A DNA stretch of 64,000 nucleotides, taken from Candidatus Geocrenenecus huangii. GTDB taxonomy: Archaea; Thermoproteota; Nitrososphaeria_A; Caldarchaeales; Wolframiiraptoraceae. Numbering within the stretch: the stretch's first letter is position 1; every line of letters begins with the position of its first letter. The notes under the pieces are model-generated. The model did no database searches. It was not told where the DNA came from and saw nothing but the letters and a program-made list of their open reading frames with translations. Shown piece after piece: positions 40,460 through 50,635 of the stretch. The stretch spans positions 41,359-105,358 of the forward strand of contig JALNLM010000004.1 of assembly GCA_023254095.1 (NCBI GenBank), written 5' to 3'. A program made the translations under genes and the position numbers.

Positions 40460-41194
40460 GTGCCGAAGAAGATGCCTCTGTCTTTGATGGCTACGTTGAG
40501 AAGCCACGGAGTCATCGCGCTCCGAGTTTCCCCTCAGAGTAAGATGAGGATCTCTTTCAAACATCCTCCCCCTACATCTATTATCGGTGCTTTAGCGTAT
40601 CCCCTCTTCAGAGATAGTAGGATAGAAATAGTAGCTAGCGGAGATGATGGAGTAAAGTCGACGGCCGATGAGCTTAGGAGAATGCTGATATCTGTAGCGG
40701 TGAGCAGTAGGGGTGGGTTAATGTATGGGCCTTTATTCAAGATAAACAGACTCTATCATGGTGTTGCTGAATCGGCGGTAACATCTCTCCCGATAACCGT
40801 TACTTACTCAGAATATGATTCTCCGATAAAGGTGGTATATGTCTTCGATGACGAAAAGCTGACGAATTATACAGTGGCTGAGCTTGAAAGAGCAGCCTGG
40901 GGTATAACAAGGCTAGGATCTAGAGAAAGTATCGTGAACGTTGAAGATGTAAAAACATCTAGAGTAGAGATATCGGAGATGGAGACCGTGAAAACCTCCT
41001 TCAGCTACTCTTTAGAGAGAGTAGAAAATGTTAAAGGCAGACATGACGTAGAGATGGTTGTTGATTGGAGAATCAGCGAGATAGGAGATTACTCTAGAGT
41101 TGGCAGAATCAGAGTAGCATATCCTCTCGAAGATAACATTGTTGAGGGGAAATTAAAGGTAGCTTTTGTTGATGGTGAAGCGGTGATAATATGA
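40460..41194 (+). CDS. cas5: Type I-A Cas5
   Basis: SK.R.S...PPPTSIIGALAYP; AAWGITRLGSRES. Confidence 0.92.
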   Translation: MPKKMPLSLMATLRSHGVIALRVSPQSKMRISFKHPPPTSIIGALAYPLFRDSRIEIVASGDDGVKSTADELRRMLISVAVSSRGGLMYGPLFKINRLYHGVAESAVTSLPITVTYSEYDSPIKVVYVFDDEKLTNYTVAELERAAWGITRLGSRESIVNVEDVKTSRVEISEMETVKTSFSYSLERVENVKGRHDVEMVVDWRISEIGDYSRVGRIRVAYPLEDNIVEGKLKVAFVDGEAVII

Positions 41195-42450
41195 ATCCTG
41201 CCGAGATAGTTGGCAGAATACCATTTACAGGCCTATTAAGAGAATTAATCACGATAGGCTTACTTGAATTGGTGAGGGCGCGCATCTTTACATCGAAAGA
41301 GTCAGAAATCCAGGAAAGAATAACAGAGTATATGGAGAAGCTATCAGATAAGTTTAAATCAGATTTCTCAGGCATGTCCTCCAGTAAGATCGTACTTAAT
41401 GATAGAAGTGCATACTTCATAAAAAGTAAGAGGCTTACGAAATGGTATGGGGAAAGTGGGGTACCGCAGGATTACATAGGTTTAATGATATATGTGCTAG
41501 AAAACACCTCGAAGCTCCTCAAGAAAAAGAAGATAGATTTCATAGAGAGCTTAAATAACATTAGCATAGGTAGAGAAGTAGTTTTGGGGAGAAAGTATCA
41601 TGACTCATTAGCGATCGTTCCGGCAGTAATTAAACAAGCAGAATTCTATGAATTCCAACATGAGTTTTTAAAGCCGACTGCTGGAGAGAAACCTGAGATA
41701 CTCTTAGACCCGATATGGTTTGCTGTGCTGGCCATAGGCTTCTTAATATGCTTTGCAGGATACTATGGAGGAGGATATTACTTTATCACAAGAGAAGGGG
41801 TAGAGGCGATCTTCGGCGATGCCGAGAAAACACAACAGGTATACAATGCAGTTACAAATTTGACAGCTACACATGTAAAGATAAAACCTCTACCATATAG
41901 TGAAGAACTATATGAATTAAGGTTAAGTTATGGATTGGCTTATTCGAAAATTGTTATTGATCGAGAAGCCTTTCCTCTAAAGGTCTACGAGATATCGCTA
42001 GTTGGAAATGCATATACATGTACTAGGGTGATTCTGATAGATTTGACAAAGACCATTGAGTATCTGCAGGCTTACATCGACAATCTCCACACCCCGAACC
42101 AGGCTTTCTTCCAAGTGAAATTAAAAAACAATCAATATGATAATCCAATACATGCTCTGTTAGAGCTAGCTGAGAGAGAGATTCAGAAACCAGTCAAAGG
42201 AGATAGTAGCATGTTGCTCTTGACATTTGTAAAAGATCTCTATAGAGCAATACATGTTGGAAGTCCAAGCTTGATGGAAGAAACTTTATTGAGGATGTTG
42301 AGAATCTCCCATTCTATCTTGACCACTAAGGAGAAGGTAGATCCCTTGTTGAGGGAAACATTCAAGAAATTCATGTACGAACCACATGTCTCAGCAGTTA
42401 TTAATGCATGTAAAGGTAGAATATATGATAGATCTGATCTCAATATATGA
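41191..42450 (+). CDS. cas8a: Type I-A large subunit Cas8a-like
   Basis: Sits between cas5 and cas3' with overlapping stop/start; P.VIKQ.EFYE and DPIW..LAIGF...AGY segments; assigned largely by synteny. Confidence 0.7.
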   Translation: MNPAEIVGRIPFTGLLRELITIGLLELVRARIFTSKESEIQERITEYMEKLSDKFKSDFSGMSSSKIVLNDRSAYFIKSKRLTKWYGESGVPQDYIGLMIYVLENTSKLLKKKKIDFIESLNNISIGREVVLGRKYHDSLAIVPAVIKQAEFYEFQHEFLKPTAGEKPEILLDPIWFAVLAIGFLICFAGYYGGGYYFITREGVEAIFGDAEKTQQVYNAVTNLTATHVKIKPLPYSEELYELRLSYGLAYSKIVIDREAFPLKVYEISLVGNAYTCTRVILIDLTKTIEYLQAYIDNLHTPNQAFFQVKLKNNQYDNPIHALLELAEREIQKPVKGDSSMLLLTFVKDLYRAIHVGSPSLMEETLLRMLRISHSILTTKEKVDPLLRETFKKFMYEPHVSAVINACKGRIYDRSDLNI

Positions 42451-44026
42451 TGAAGTAAAGCAGAGATTAAATGGTGAAGAACGTCCACTAATTAGAGATG
42501 TATTGAAGAGTATCGAGCAAGTTGATAAACCATTCCTCTACATAGTGAAAGCACCCACCGGATACGGAAAGACAGCGATAAGCATTTCATGCGCAGTATA
42601 CTCTATCTTTAATTCTTCTTTATTCACTAAAGTCGTACACATACTTCCAATGAGGTCGATAGTTGAAGACGTATATTTCAGAGCTTCAAGGATAATGGGG
42701 AAGGAAGCTGTAAAAGAAAAAATGATGGATGTAGAAGAAGAGAAGCTAGAAGTATTCCACTTGTTCCCGTTGAATGTTACTACCGTTGATACTTTTACGT
42801 GGGACGTAATGAAGCTTAACACAAAGAAGATCGGGTTGATCAGGGAGGAAAAAGCATTCGGCTACGATTATCTTACTCAAGGATCATTAATGGATTCTCT
42901 ACTATTCTTCGATGAAGCACACTACATTCTAGAAGATGAGCATATGAAGATCGTATTCGCAGTGATATTAGAACTACTACTAAGATATAAAACCTCCTTA
43001 ATAATCTCGACAGCTACATTATCGAAGGGATATGAAGAGTACTTCTTAAGCTTAGCAGAGGGATACGGATACGATTTTAAGATTTTTGCACCTGAGGACT
43101 CGGATCCGTTCATAAAAAGAGAAGAGGAGAAAGATTTCAATATACACCTTGTTGATAATGATGTGGAACTAGTTGATAACATTGCTAGGTTGATAGACTT
43201 AGATAAAGTAAATTTGGTAGTAGTTAACTCGCCATACACCGCTGTCAGCGTATATGATAGACTGAGTTCTTCCTATGAAGTAGACCTATTCTTACTTCAC
43301 GGTAATATGAAGAAGAAACATAGAGAGAATGTTCTTGAAAAGATTAGGATGTATTCTCGAGCTAAAACTCCAAGCATTATTATAACAACTCAAGTTATAG
43401 AGGCTGGAGTCGATATTTCTTCGGACGTATTAATCACTGAGTTATCTGTAGCGCAATCTCTTATACAGAGGATGGGGAGGGTAGCTAGATACAATGAAAA
43501 ATTTGCAGACATCTATATCCTGAAAAGCCCGGGAGAACCTTATCCAGCTGATAAGATCGAGAAGACATGGAGGCAGCTCAAAGAAGATGCTAAGCTAATC
43601 CATCCGAGAATCCCTTCTACATACTATAACTTGCTGAATCAGATTCACGGAAGAATCCAGCAAGAAGTTGACATAAGGCTATCTCCTAATTACACCAAGG
43701 CTATGAAACAATTATTGATAAAACTACTTGATATACGTGTGAGAGCGCCAGAGATACTTGGTCAGGTCGAGAGTATTATTAGACAGCAAGCTTTTCTAAG
43801 AGAGTTCACTATACCTGTAAAAGTTGAAGATGAGTATATTCTCTTCTCGCCTAGAGAGGTAGAAAAGATGTTCCGAAAGAATCTGATCGAAGTTAGAGCA
43901 GGTCATGGACCCGTAGACCCGTCTCGAGACTTTTACAAGTTAGCTGAAGAGTTTGCTTTAGGTAAGAAATCAGCTGAAGTGGTCTATATAGGAGAATATG
44001 ATTGGGTTAGAGGTATACTTCCATGA
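42425..44026 (+). CDS. cas3: Cas3' helicase
   Basis: APTGYGKT, DEAH, STAT, TQVIEAGVDIS, QRMGRVAR; ATG at 42425 preferred over 42386. Confidence 0.95.
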   Translation: MIDLISIYDEVKQRLNGEERPLIRDVLKSIEQVDKPFLYIVKAPTGYGKTAISISCAVYSIFNSSLFTKVVHILPMRSIVEDVYFRASRIMGKEAVKEKMMDVEEEKLEVFHLFPLNVTTVDTFTWDVMKLNTKKIGLIREEKAFGYDYLTQGSLMDSLLFFDEAHYILEDEHMKIVFAVILELLLRYKTSLIISTATLSKGYEEYFLSLAEGYGYDFKIFAPEDSDPFIKREEEKDFNIHLVDNDVELVDNIARLIDLDKVNLVVVNSPYTAVSVYDRLSSSYEVDLFLLHGNMKKKHRENVLEKIRMYSRAKTPSIIITTQVIEAGVDISSDVLITELSVAQSLIQRMGRVARYNEKFADIYILKSPGEPYPADKIEKTWRQLKEDAKLIHPRIPSTYYNLLNQIHGRIQQEVDIRLSPNYTKAMKQLLIKLLDIRVRAPEILGQVESIIRQQAFLREFTIPVKVEDEYILFSPREVEKMFRKNLIEVRAGHGPVDPSRDFYKLAEEFALGKKSAEVVYIGEYDWVRGILP

Positions 44027-44730
44027 ATCATGTCTGCTTAGCATACTTCCCTAGATCTCCTGATGAACGCGGCCAAACAATAGAGGAACACATCATTAGA
44101 GGGCTCGAATTCTTGGAAGAGATGTATCTGGAAAGAGGATTCGCTGAGTATCTTGTTAGATTGGCCAAGTATTTTAAGGTTGAATTATCTCTTACAGAAA
44201 GTCGAAACGCCATTTATGCTTCATACATATTCCATGACCTGGGAAAGATATCTAAAGAATATCAAGAGAAGAAATCAGGCTTCAGCGGCCATGAGATCAT
44301 TTCAGCTTATTGGGTAATGGAGCACGGCAGCCAGTTAGCTCTCGGAAAGATGCTCTACCACGTTGCGTTAGCAATATACTTACATCATCATGACATGAGG
44401 AGGGGAACTAAAACACTACAAAAGGTTAATTTATGCAGCGAATGTCTTAGAAAAATCCTAGATATATACGAGGGAAAGACATCTATCAATTTAGCAAGTT
44501 ATAAAACGAGATTCAGAGGAGAGCTCTCTTCTGGATTAACTAGGTATCTTAATAGGATCGAAAAAGAGGATGTCAGGTTATCGTATCCTTTACTACAGGT
44601 AGTCCATGGAGTGGATAACTATTCAGCACTCGAACGAGAGGGAAAACCATCGGTTCTATCGACCGAGGTCAGAAAAGTCGTCGACGCCGTCCGATTATTA
44701 AGAGAAGATTTTGGAAGAGTATTTAGATAG
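44023..44730 (+). CDS. cas3'': Cas3'' HD nuclease
   Basis: EEH, FHDLGK, GHEIIS, LHHH, VDNYSA all intact. Confidence 0.93.
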   Translation: MNHVCLAYFPRSPDERGQTIEEHIIRGLEFLEEMYLERGFAEYLVRLAKYFKVELSLTESRNAIYASYIFHDLGKISKEYQEKKSGFSGHEIISAYWVMEHGSQLALGKMLYHVALAIYLHHHDMRRGTKTLQKVNLCSECLRKILDIYEGKTSINLASYKTRFRGELSSGLTRYLNRIEKEDVRLSYPLLQVVHGVDNYSALEREGKPSVLSTEVRKVVDAVRLLREDFGRVFR

Positions 44731-44776
44731 CAAGTAAATTTAATAGAGCAGCTTTTCATAATATTTATCGATTTAT

Positions 44777-45370
44777 TTGGATAAGATATTCAAGATCAGT
44801 TTTAACGGAGTTAATAGCTATCTAATTAATAGCAGGGATGAAGCATGCTTAGTAGATGCCTCGATGCCTGTCAGCATCTTGATGGAGACCATAAGCGGTA
44901 TCCGAGATTACTTCAAGTTCAAGTATATTTTACTAACTCATGGACACCTCAACCATGTTAGATATGTTTCCGAGGTTAGATCCCTGTCAAACGGGAAAAC
45001 CTATATCCATGTTGATGATCGACCACTTCTCCGAGAAGAGGGAATAGGGATAGACGATGTCTACACATTAAGAGGCTTCGATAAATTTAAGGTCGGAGAT
45101 ATAGAGATCATCGTTTATCATACTCCAGGTCATACAGATGGATCTGTCTGCTTCTATTCTAGAGAGCTTAACGCAATCTTTACGGGGGATACGTTGATGA
45201 AGGGCGGTTTTGGAAAGATTAGGGGACCCCACTCAATGAGTAGGATGCTTAAGAGTCTGAAAACAATATCTAGGTTGATACCTCCAGATACTACCGTCTA
45301 TCCAGGTCATGGCTTCGAGACTAGGCTAGAAGATGAAGCATGGCTAGATGGATTAGATATGCTCTCATAG
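44777..45370 (+). CDS. Metallo-beta-lactamase fold hydrolase (glyoxalase II-like)
   Basis: THGHLNH (HxHxDH variant), HTPGHT.GS, FTGDTL, YPGHG. Confidence 0.85.
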   Translation: MDKIFKISFNGVNSYLINSRDEACLVDASMPVSILMETISGIRDYFKFKYILLTHGHLNHVRYVSEVRSLSNGKTYIHVDDRPLLREEGIGIDDVYTLRGFDKFKVGDIEIIVYHTPGHTDGSVCFYSRELNAIFTGDTLMKGGFGKIRGPHSMSRMLKSLKTISRLIPPDTTVYPGHGFETRLEDEAWLDGLDMLS

Positions 45371-45380
45371 ATCATCTATA

Positions 45381-45944
45381 TTACTTTGTTCCTCTCGTTA
45401 TGATGTGACCCGCAAACAGTAGAGCCCATGAAAAAACTGGGTAAACTATCATCCTCTCCATTCCTCCATGCCCTAATCCTAGATAGATCCCGAATGCGAA
45501 TAGTGATAGAGCAGTTAACGATATTATACCTAATACGACGGAGATTAATGAAATTGGCTTAGGCGTAAATCTGTAGACTGCTATAGCGGAGATACCTGCG
45601 AAGATAAATGTTGTTGCAGACATAATGATGTGTAGTTCGTATGGGCTTCCTTCCGGGAATACTCCTACTCCAGTCGCCCCAAACCCTGTCAAGAATAAGA
45701 GAATAGATAGTAGTCTACTCTTGTATTCTCGGTAGAGAAGTATCGAGGAGATGACTACAAGTATGCCTAGAAATTCTATCGAATTGTTGAAGATAGGTGC
45801 TGTTAAGCCGACACCGAGATCGCTAATATAATTGTGAGCCACATTATAACCTGGGTAAAGTGCTTCACACACAATCATGAATATCATGAACTGAGTTACA
45901 CCTATAGCTATCAATAAACCTGATAACAATCCATACCTAGGCAT
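45381..45944 (-). CDS. DUF998-like membrane protein
   Basis: EALYPGY....NYISDLG, GVGVFPE, GGMERMIVYP. Confidence 0.8.
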   Translation of the reverse strand: MPRYGLLSGLLIAIGVTQFMIFMIVCEALYPGYNVAHNYISDLGVGLTAPIFNNSIEFLGILVVISSILLYREYKSRLLSILLFLTGFGATGVGVFPEGSPYELHIIMSATTFIFAGISAIAVYRFTPKPISLISVVLGIISLTALSLFAFGIYLGLGHGGMERMIVYPVFSWALLFAGHIITRGTK

Positions 45945-46035
45945 ACTTTATAATAGTTTCAAGCTTTTTTAAATTTTCCTAAAAAGAGGGAAGATACAGT
46001 TAAGAATATTATTAATTATCTGCGGTAGCGTCAAC

Positions 46036-46545
46036 TTATTTGGGCGGAGGCCACACTCTGTCGAAGTATTTGTTCTTTGAAGACACGTTCAGCGGGATGG
46101 CGAAAGCATACTCTGCATCTATGAGTTTAAGTTCTTGTGCTGCTACACCAGCACTAAACATAACCCTATTATCAACATTATGTATCGACGCTGTCTTCAC
46201 TGATGATCCTATCGCTATCCCTAGATTGATTATACTATGCAAAGTATCTGCATCTATCTTCCAGAATGGTGGAGTCCTAAGATTCAACGTAGCTATCTTG
46301 CATCCAATCAATACTACAGCTTTGCTGGCCCTAATGTTTTGAGCATCTCTCTTAAAGAAGTCTCCATAGTATTCCGAAAGTTCCTCCATCTTCTTAGCCA
46401 GCGATTCTAGTTCCTCATCTCTATCAAGTATTCTCACGACAATATTGTCTACCCCTCTAGCTTTCGGAGCAGTGATAGCTGAGACGGCCATAAGCTTAGC
46501 GACCTCAACTATTGTTTCCTTAACAAGATCTCTATTCTCGGTCAT
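46036..46545 (-). CDS. DUF2148/ferredoxin-domain family protein
   Basis: SAITAPKARG.D, LGIAIGSSVKTA...VDNRVMFSAG, SKN.YFDR. Confidence 0.8.
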   Translation of the reverse strand: MTENRDLVKETIVEVAKLMAVSAITAPKARGVDNIVVRILDRDEELESLAKKMEELSEYYGDFFKRDAQNIRASKAVVLIGCKIATLNLRTPPFWKIDADTLHSIINLGIAIGSSVKTASIHNVDNRVMFSAGVAAQELKLIDAEYAFAIPLNVSSKNKYFDRVWPPPK

Positions 46546-46679
46546 GACTGAGACACCTGACTCGATGGTAATCTACGAATTAATATCATTTGAGTCTTTC
46601 TTTCACAGATTATATAAGCTTCTTATACACTTCTTTAAATGGAGGGTTCGAGAAAGAGATATACGTGAATTCTACAGGT

Positions 46680-47267
46680 ATGCCGACTATTAAAGAGATG
46701 GTTGGTTTAGCATCTTTCTCTGTTGTCTCCGGCGTAATATTCGCTGCTTTAAGCCACTTGGTAGCTCCAACTGTAATGCTGGTCGCAGGCCATGTAGGCG
46801 TGGCCATGATATATGGTATATGGTTTATAGGTGGAACCCTCCCCGCATATATCCTCAGGAAGAGGGGCTCAGCATTCTTAGGGGAAACCATAGCTTCAAT
46901 AATAGAACTACTTCTTGTAAGTCCTTACTCTATACTACTCTATTATTATGGCCCCGCACAAGGCCTAATGAGTGAAATAGCATTCTGGATGGGTAGGTAC
47001 AAGTCGTGGAGTTGGAGAACAATGATACTCGCAGGGATGCTACCCGTGGTAGCCGCATACCCATTCGACTGCATGGTTAGCCCATTCTATCCAGCATGTA
47101 GAAACCCAGGCTACCCCCTATATCTACACCTTGCAATAGTTTCCACAATGCTTTTAAGTGGAGCAGTCTTCGCAGGCATACTTGTAAAGATCGTTGTAGA
47201 TAAACTTGTTAGTGCAGGAGCTTTAAGGGGTTGGCCAGTTGCTCGAGATAAAATCAATGAAAGCTAG
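46680..47267 (+). CDS. ECF transporter S component (YkoE-like, thiamine/HMP type)
   Basis: YGIWFIGG.L.AYI.RK.GSAFLGE, QGL..E; ATG at 46680 preferred. Confidence 0.8.
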   Translation: MPTIKEMVGLASFSVVSGVIFAALSHLVAPTVMLVAGHVGVAMIYGIWFIGGTLPAYILRKRGSAFLGETIASIIELLLVSPYSILLYYYGPAQGLMSEIAFWMGRYKSWSWRTMILAGMLPVVAAYPFDCMVSPFYPACRNPGYPLYLHLAIVSTMLLSGAVFAGILVKIVVDKLVSAGALRGWPVARDKINES

Positions 47268-48546
47268 AAGAGACACATGGAGAAGCCCAGAGGTGAACCT
47301 AACATTAAGAAGAGGGGAGATAGCAGCTATCATCGGCCTCAGCGGTTCAGGCAAGACCAGCATCTTACTGTCATTGATAGGTTTACTACCCTACGATGGA
47401 GTGGCGGAGTACGGTGGAGTAGAGATCAAGTTGATAGACAAGACGTATCTCAGGTCGAAGATTGCATATGTCCCAGACGAGCCCGAATCCTATCTACTCA
47501 ATAGAAGAGTATTCGATGAAGTAGCCTTTGGACCTGAGAACCTTGGTTGGCATCCTAGGAAGATCATTGAGTCAACAATTAAGGCTCTAGAGATAGTTGG
47601 GCTGCTGAATCTATACGATAGTGAGGTATCAGCTTTAAGCGGGGGCCAGAAGCAGAGATTAGTTATCGCGGATGCACTGAGTATCTCCCCCGAGATAATA
47701 CTGCTTGATAATCCTTTTTCAAACATTGATTGGGAGGCTAAAAAAACAATATCAAAAACATTAGAACAACTTTGCGGTGAAGGGATCTCAATAATCTTAA
47801 CCGGATACTCTTTAGAAGAACTACATCTTAAACCAGACAAAACATTATTCATAGGAGAGTTCGGAGAACCCTATAGTAATGGTGATGGGAACGTTTCCCA
47901 TCACCCTTCTGAGAGGACGAGGAAACTATTGGAAGTTAGAGATGTATCGTTTAGCTATGATAAGATACGAAACATTTTGAGAGGTGTCTCTTTTTCTGCA
48001 AATGCAGGCGAGATCATCTCAATAATTGGAAGAAACGGTGTCGGTAAAACTACACTTCTAAAAATTCTGGCGGGGATATATAGGCCTGATAAAGGAATAA
48101 TCTCTATAAATGGTGTTAGACCGAATAGCCGTCTCTCAACATATGTTAGCCAGAACCCTTCGGCCTTCTTAACGGAGACAACGCCTAGAGAAGAATTGTC
48201 CATGCATAGAAAAATAGATATGATAAATTTTCTAGAAGAGATCGGCTTATCATACCTGCTTGATAGACCAATATATACGTTAAGCCTAGGAGAAAAACGC
48301 GTGATCTCTATCTTATCTGGATTGTCTAGGGGGACATTATTGTTATGCTTGGATGAGCCCACGTCGGGACTGGACTACAAACTGAGGCATGTAGTAGGAG
48401 AGATGCTGAGAAAGGCTACAGAAAGCGGAATGATGGTAATCACTGCTACACATGACATATCTTTCGCTGAAGCTTATTCTGATAAAATACTGTTACTCGA
48501 GGATGGTGTAATATATGATGATTGGAGGAGAATCCTCGATGGATGA
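47239..48546 (+). CDS. ECF/ABC ATPase with two nucleotide-binding domains
   Basis: GLSGSGKT and GRNGVGKT, LSGGQKQR and LSLGEKR, DEPTSGLD. Confidence 0.9.
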   Translation: MLEIKSMKARRDTWRSPEVNLTLRRGEIAAIIGLSGSGKTSILLSLIGLLPYDGVAEYGGVEIKLIDKTYLRSKIAYVPDEPESYLLNRRVFDEVAFGPENLGWHPRKIIESTIKALEIVGLLNLYDSEVSALSGGQKQRLVIADALSISPEIILLDNPFSNIDWEAKKTISKTLEQLCGEGISIILTGYSLEELHLKPDKTLFIGEFGEPYSNGDGNVSHHPSERTRKLLEVRDVSFSYDKIRNILRGVSFSANAGEIISIIGRNGVGKTTLLKILAGIYRPDKGIISINGVRPNSRLSTYVSQNPSAFLTETTPREELSMHRKIDMINFLEEIGLSYLLDRPIYTLSLGEKRVISILSGLSRGTLLLCLDEPTSGLDYKLRHVVGEMLRKATESGMMVITATHDISFAEAYSDKILLLEDGVIYDDWRRILDG

Positions 48547-49249
48547 CGCTCTCCTAATCTATACCAAGCCAACTTCAAAGATTAATCCATTAATCGCGAA
48601 CATTTTCCTATTAATAGTCGTAAGTGCCGCAACAATAGAGCCCAACATACATATCTTAACAGTAATACTTCTATTGACCGTTCTTGTAACCATCATGATT
48701 TCTCGTAAACCTATACAGATCTTGAAGATAATGCTTATCGTTGTACCGTTCGGTCTAGGCCTCGGCGTATTCTATGGGTTAGTTGGACAGGAAAAGATGC
48801 ATACAGCGATCCTGACAATAATGATGAGGGTCGAGATACTAGCTACAGGCTCAGCTATACTCTACTATGGAGTTGACCCATGGGAGCTTCCAACAATCTT
48901 GATAAATAAACTCAAGATCCAGCCCTACATATCGTACACAATTGCTATAGCTTTTACGATGTATCTACGACTCGCCATAGACCTTAAGGAGATAACCGAA
49001 TCCCTAAAATCCAAAAATATAATACGTAACCACCTGGACTACATACTCAGGATCCATAAAATACTATATGTATTGATCTACCATGCAGCCCGTAGAGCGG
49101 ATGAATTAGAGATTGTGTTGGAAGCTAGAAATTTTAATCCATCAACTAGGAGTACTAGGAAGAATCTAACAATAAGGCCTAGTGAAATACTACTTATTGC
49201 GGTAACTCTAGCAATGATCATAGGTGTTAAGATATTTTTAAACCAGTAA
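48515..49249 (+). CDS. ECF transporter T component
   Basis: TM helices; RRADEL...LEARNF motif; operon context. Confidence 0.82.
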   Translation: MMIGGESSMDDALLIYTKPTSKINPLIANIFLLIVVSAATIEPNIHILTVILLLTVLVTIMISRKPIQILKIMLIVVPFGLGLGVFYGLVGQEKMHTAILTIMMRVEILATGSAILYYGVDPWELPTILINKLKIQPYISYTIAIAFTMYLRLAIDLKEITESLKSKNIIRNHLDYILRIHKILYVLIYHAARRADELEIVLEARNFNPSTRSTRKNLTIRPSEILLIAVTLAMIIGVKIFLNQ

Positions 49250-49285
49250 GATTGATATATCTTAAGATGAACATTCATTATTAGG

Positions 49286-49717
49286 ATGGAGCCCTACCTT
49301 CCCGTATCGATATTGCTTACATCACTAATATCAATCATAATCATAATATGGGCAGTTGGAGAAATAAGGTCTAAGGAGAATCCTAGAATCGACTTCAGAA
49401 TTGAGAGATACATTATCTCTCACAAATACGCCTTTCCATCTCCTTATCCTTTAATCCTCGTAGGCTATTACAATAGATTAGAGAACAGCGTAATGTTATC
49501 GATCTCGAGCATAATCTTAATGGTTTGGAGAAAAATCTTGAAAGAATATGTCACGGATTCAGAGATCCTCGAGAGGAAATTCATCAACGAATTTACCAAG
49601 GAACTGAACACGGTCTTGATACATGAGCTCACCGAGTGGGCTATACATCAACTAGAGCTAAAGAGAATCTTGACACATGCTACGTGGAACCCGTATATAA
49701 GAAAACTAAATGAATAA
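49286..49717 (+). CDS. Hypothetical membrane-anchored protein with HExxE motif
   Basis: N-terminal TM; VLIHELTEWAIH. Confidence 0.55.
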   Translation: MEPYLPVSILLTSLISIIIIIWAVGEIRSKENPRIDFRIERYIISHKYAFPSPYPLILVGYYNRLENSVMLSISSIILMVWRKILKEYVTDSEILERKFINEFTKELNTVLIHELTEWAIHQLELKRILTHATWNPYIRKLNE

Positions 49718-49750
49718 GAATCTAAACTTACTCTGAAGATAATAAACCGA

Positions 49751-49975
49751 TCATGCTAATTCTTTTTCCGGCTGAGTGGTTTTCAACATCTCTCTTTTTG
49801 CCAACGACGTCAAATACCCTGCAATCTTGTTTCTAATCTTTTTGGAGACCCGCCCTGTCACTACCTGACCAACGAGAACCTTATTTTTCTCGAAATCCAC
49901 AGATATCTGCTCTCCAAGTGCTTTCAATACCTCCCTTGCAAGAACCTTGACTTTCCGGATTCTGACTTTACCCAT
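49751..49975 (-). CDS. rps17e: 30S ribosomal protein S17e
   Basis: MGKVR...DFEKNK...SKKIRNKIAGYLT; ATG at 49975. Confidence 0.95.
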   Translation of the reverse strand: MGKVRIRKVKVLAREVLKALGEQISVDFEKNKVLVGQVVTGRVSKKIRNKIAGYLTSLAKREMLKTTQPEKELA

Positions 49976-50416
49976 TTCCTCAGCACTGAAGAATGATCTT
50001 AAAGAAGGATAATAAAAACATTCTTGAAATCTAAGCAAAATGAATACAAATTAACGTTTTGTTCTTCTCTTTAAGACATCTTTACAAGCTAAAACATTTA
50101 ATATATGTTCATCATATTAGTCATTGGGAGACACTCAACATTATGGGTTGTAATTATATTCCCAACATCAATTATGTTTTCACATTCTCCTACTATTACT
50201 GGACTCAGAACATGTCCTTCATTACCTAATCCTAGCTTCTCTTTCTTTAAATTTTATGACGGCCTAACCTATCCCTACACAAGTTACGAACTAGTAGTAA
50301 AAGAGTAATGTTTTTAATGTAATATGCATGAAAAGTAATTAACAGGGATAGATTTATATATAAAAATAGGGTCAATTTTTATATATTAAGATTGATCCTA
50401 TTAGGCGGGTGTTTTC

Positions 50417-50623
50417 ATGCTTCAGGCGAGGAGCTCTCTGAGGAAGAAGATTCATGTAAGCGGAAATGAATACTATTACATTCATATACCTTCAAAACTT
50501 GCACATGACAGCCAGTTTCCATTTAAGGAAGGGGATGAGCTTAGAATAGCTGTTGACACTTCTAGGAGGAGAATGATAATTGAGAAAGTTAATAATAGAA
50601 GGAAGCAGAAAAACAAGAGGTAG
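50417..50623 (+). CDS. AbrB/MazE-like small DNA-binding protein
   Basis: YYIHIPSKLA.DSQFPFKEGDEL.I; TATA-rich upstream region. Confidence 0.75.
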   Translation: MLQARSSLRKKIHVSGNEYYYIHIPSKLAHDSQFPFKEGDELRIAVDTSRRRMIIEKVNNRRKQKNKR

Positions 50624-50635
50624 GAGTTCAATATA

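Noticed and set aside
46550-46680. Possible TPP riboswitch before the YkoE-like ECF operon
   Set aside because: No conserved CTGAGA/CCTGA core or GC-rich stems in the leader
50040-50400. 67-aa plus-strand ORF and an open minus-strand stretch
   Set aside because: Atypical composition, no start codon for the minus stretch, and located in a divergent promoter region
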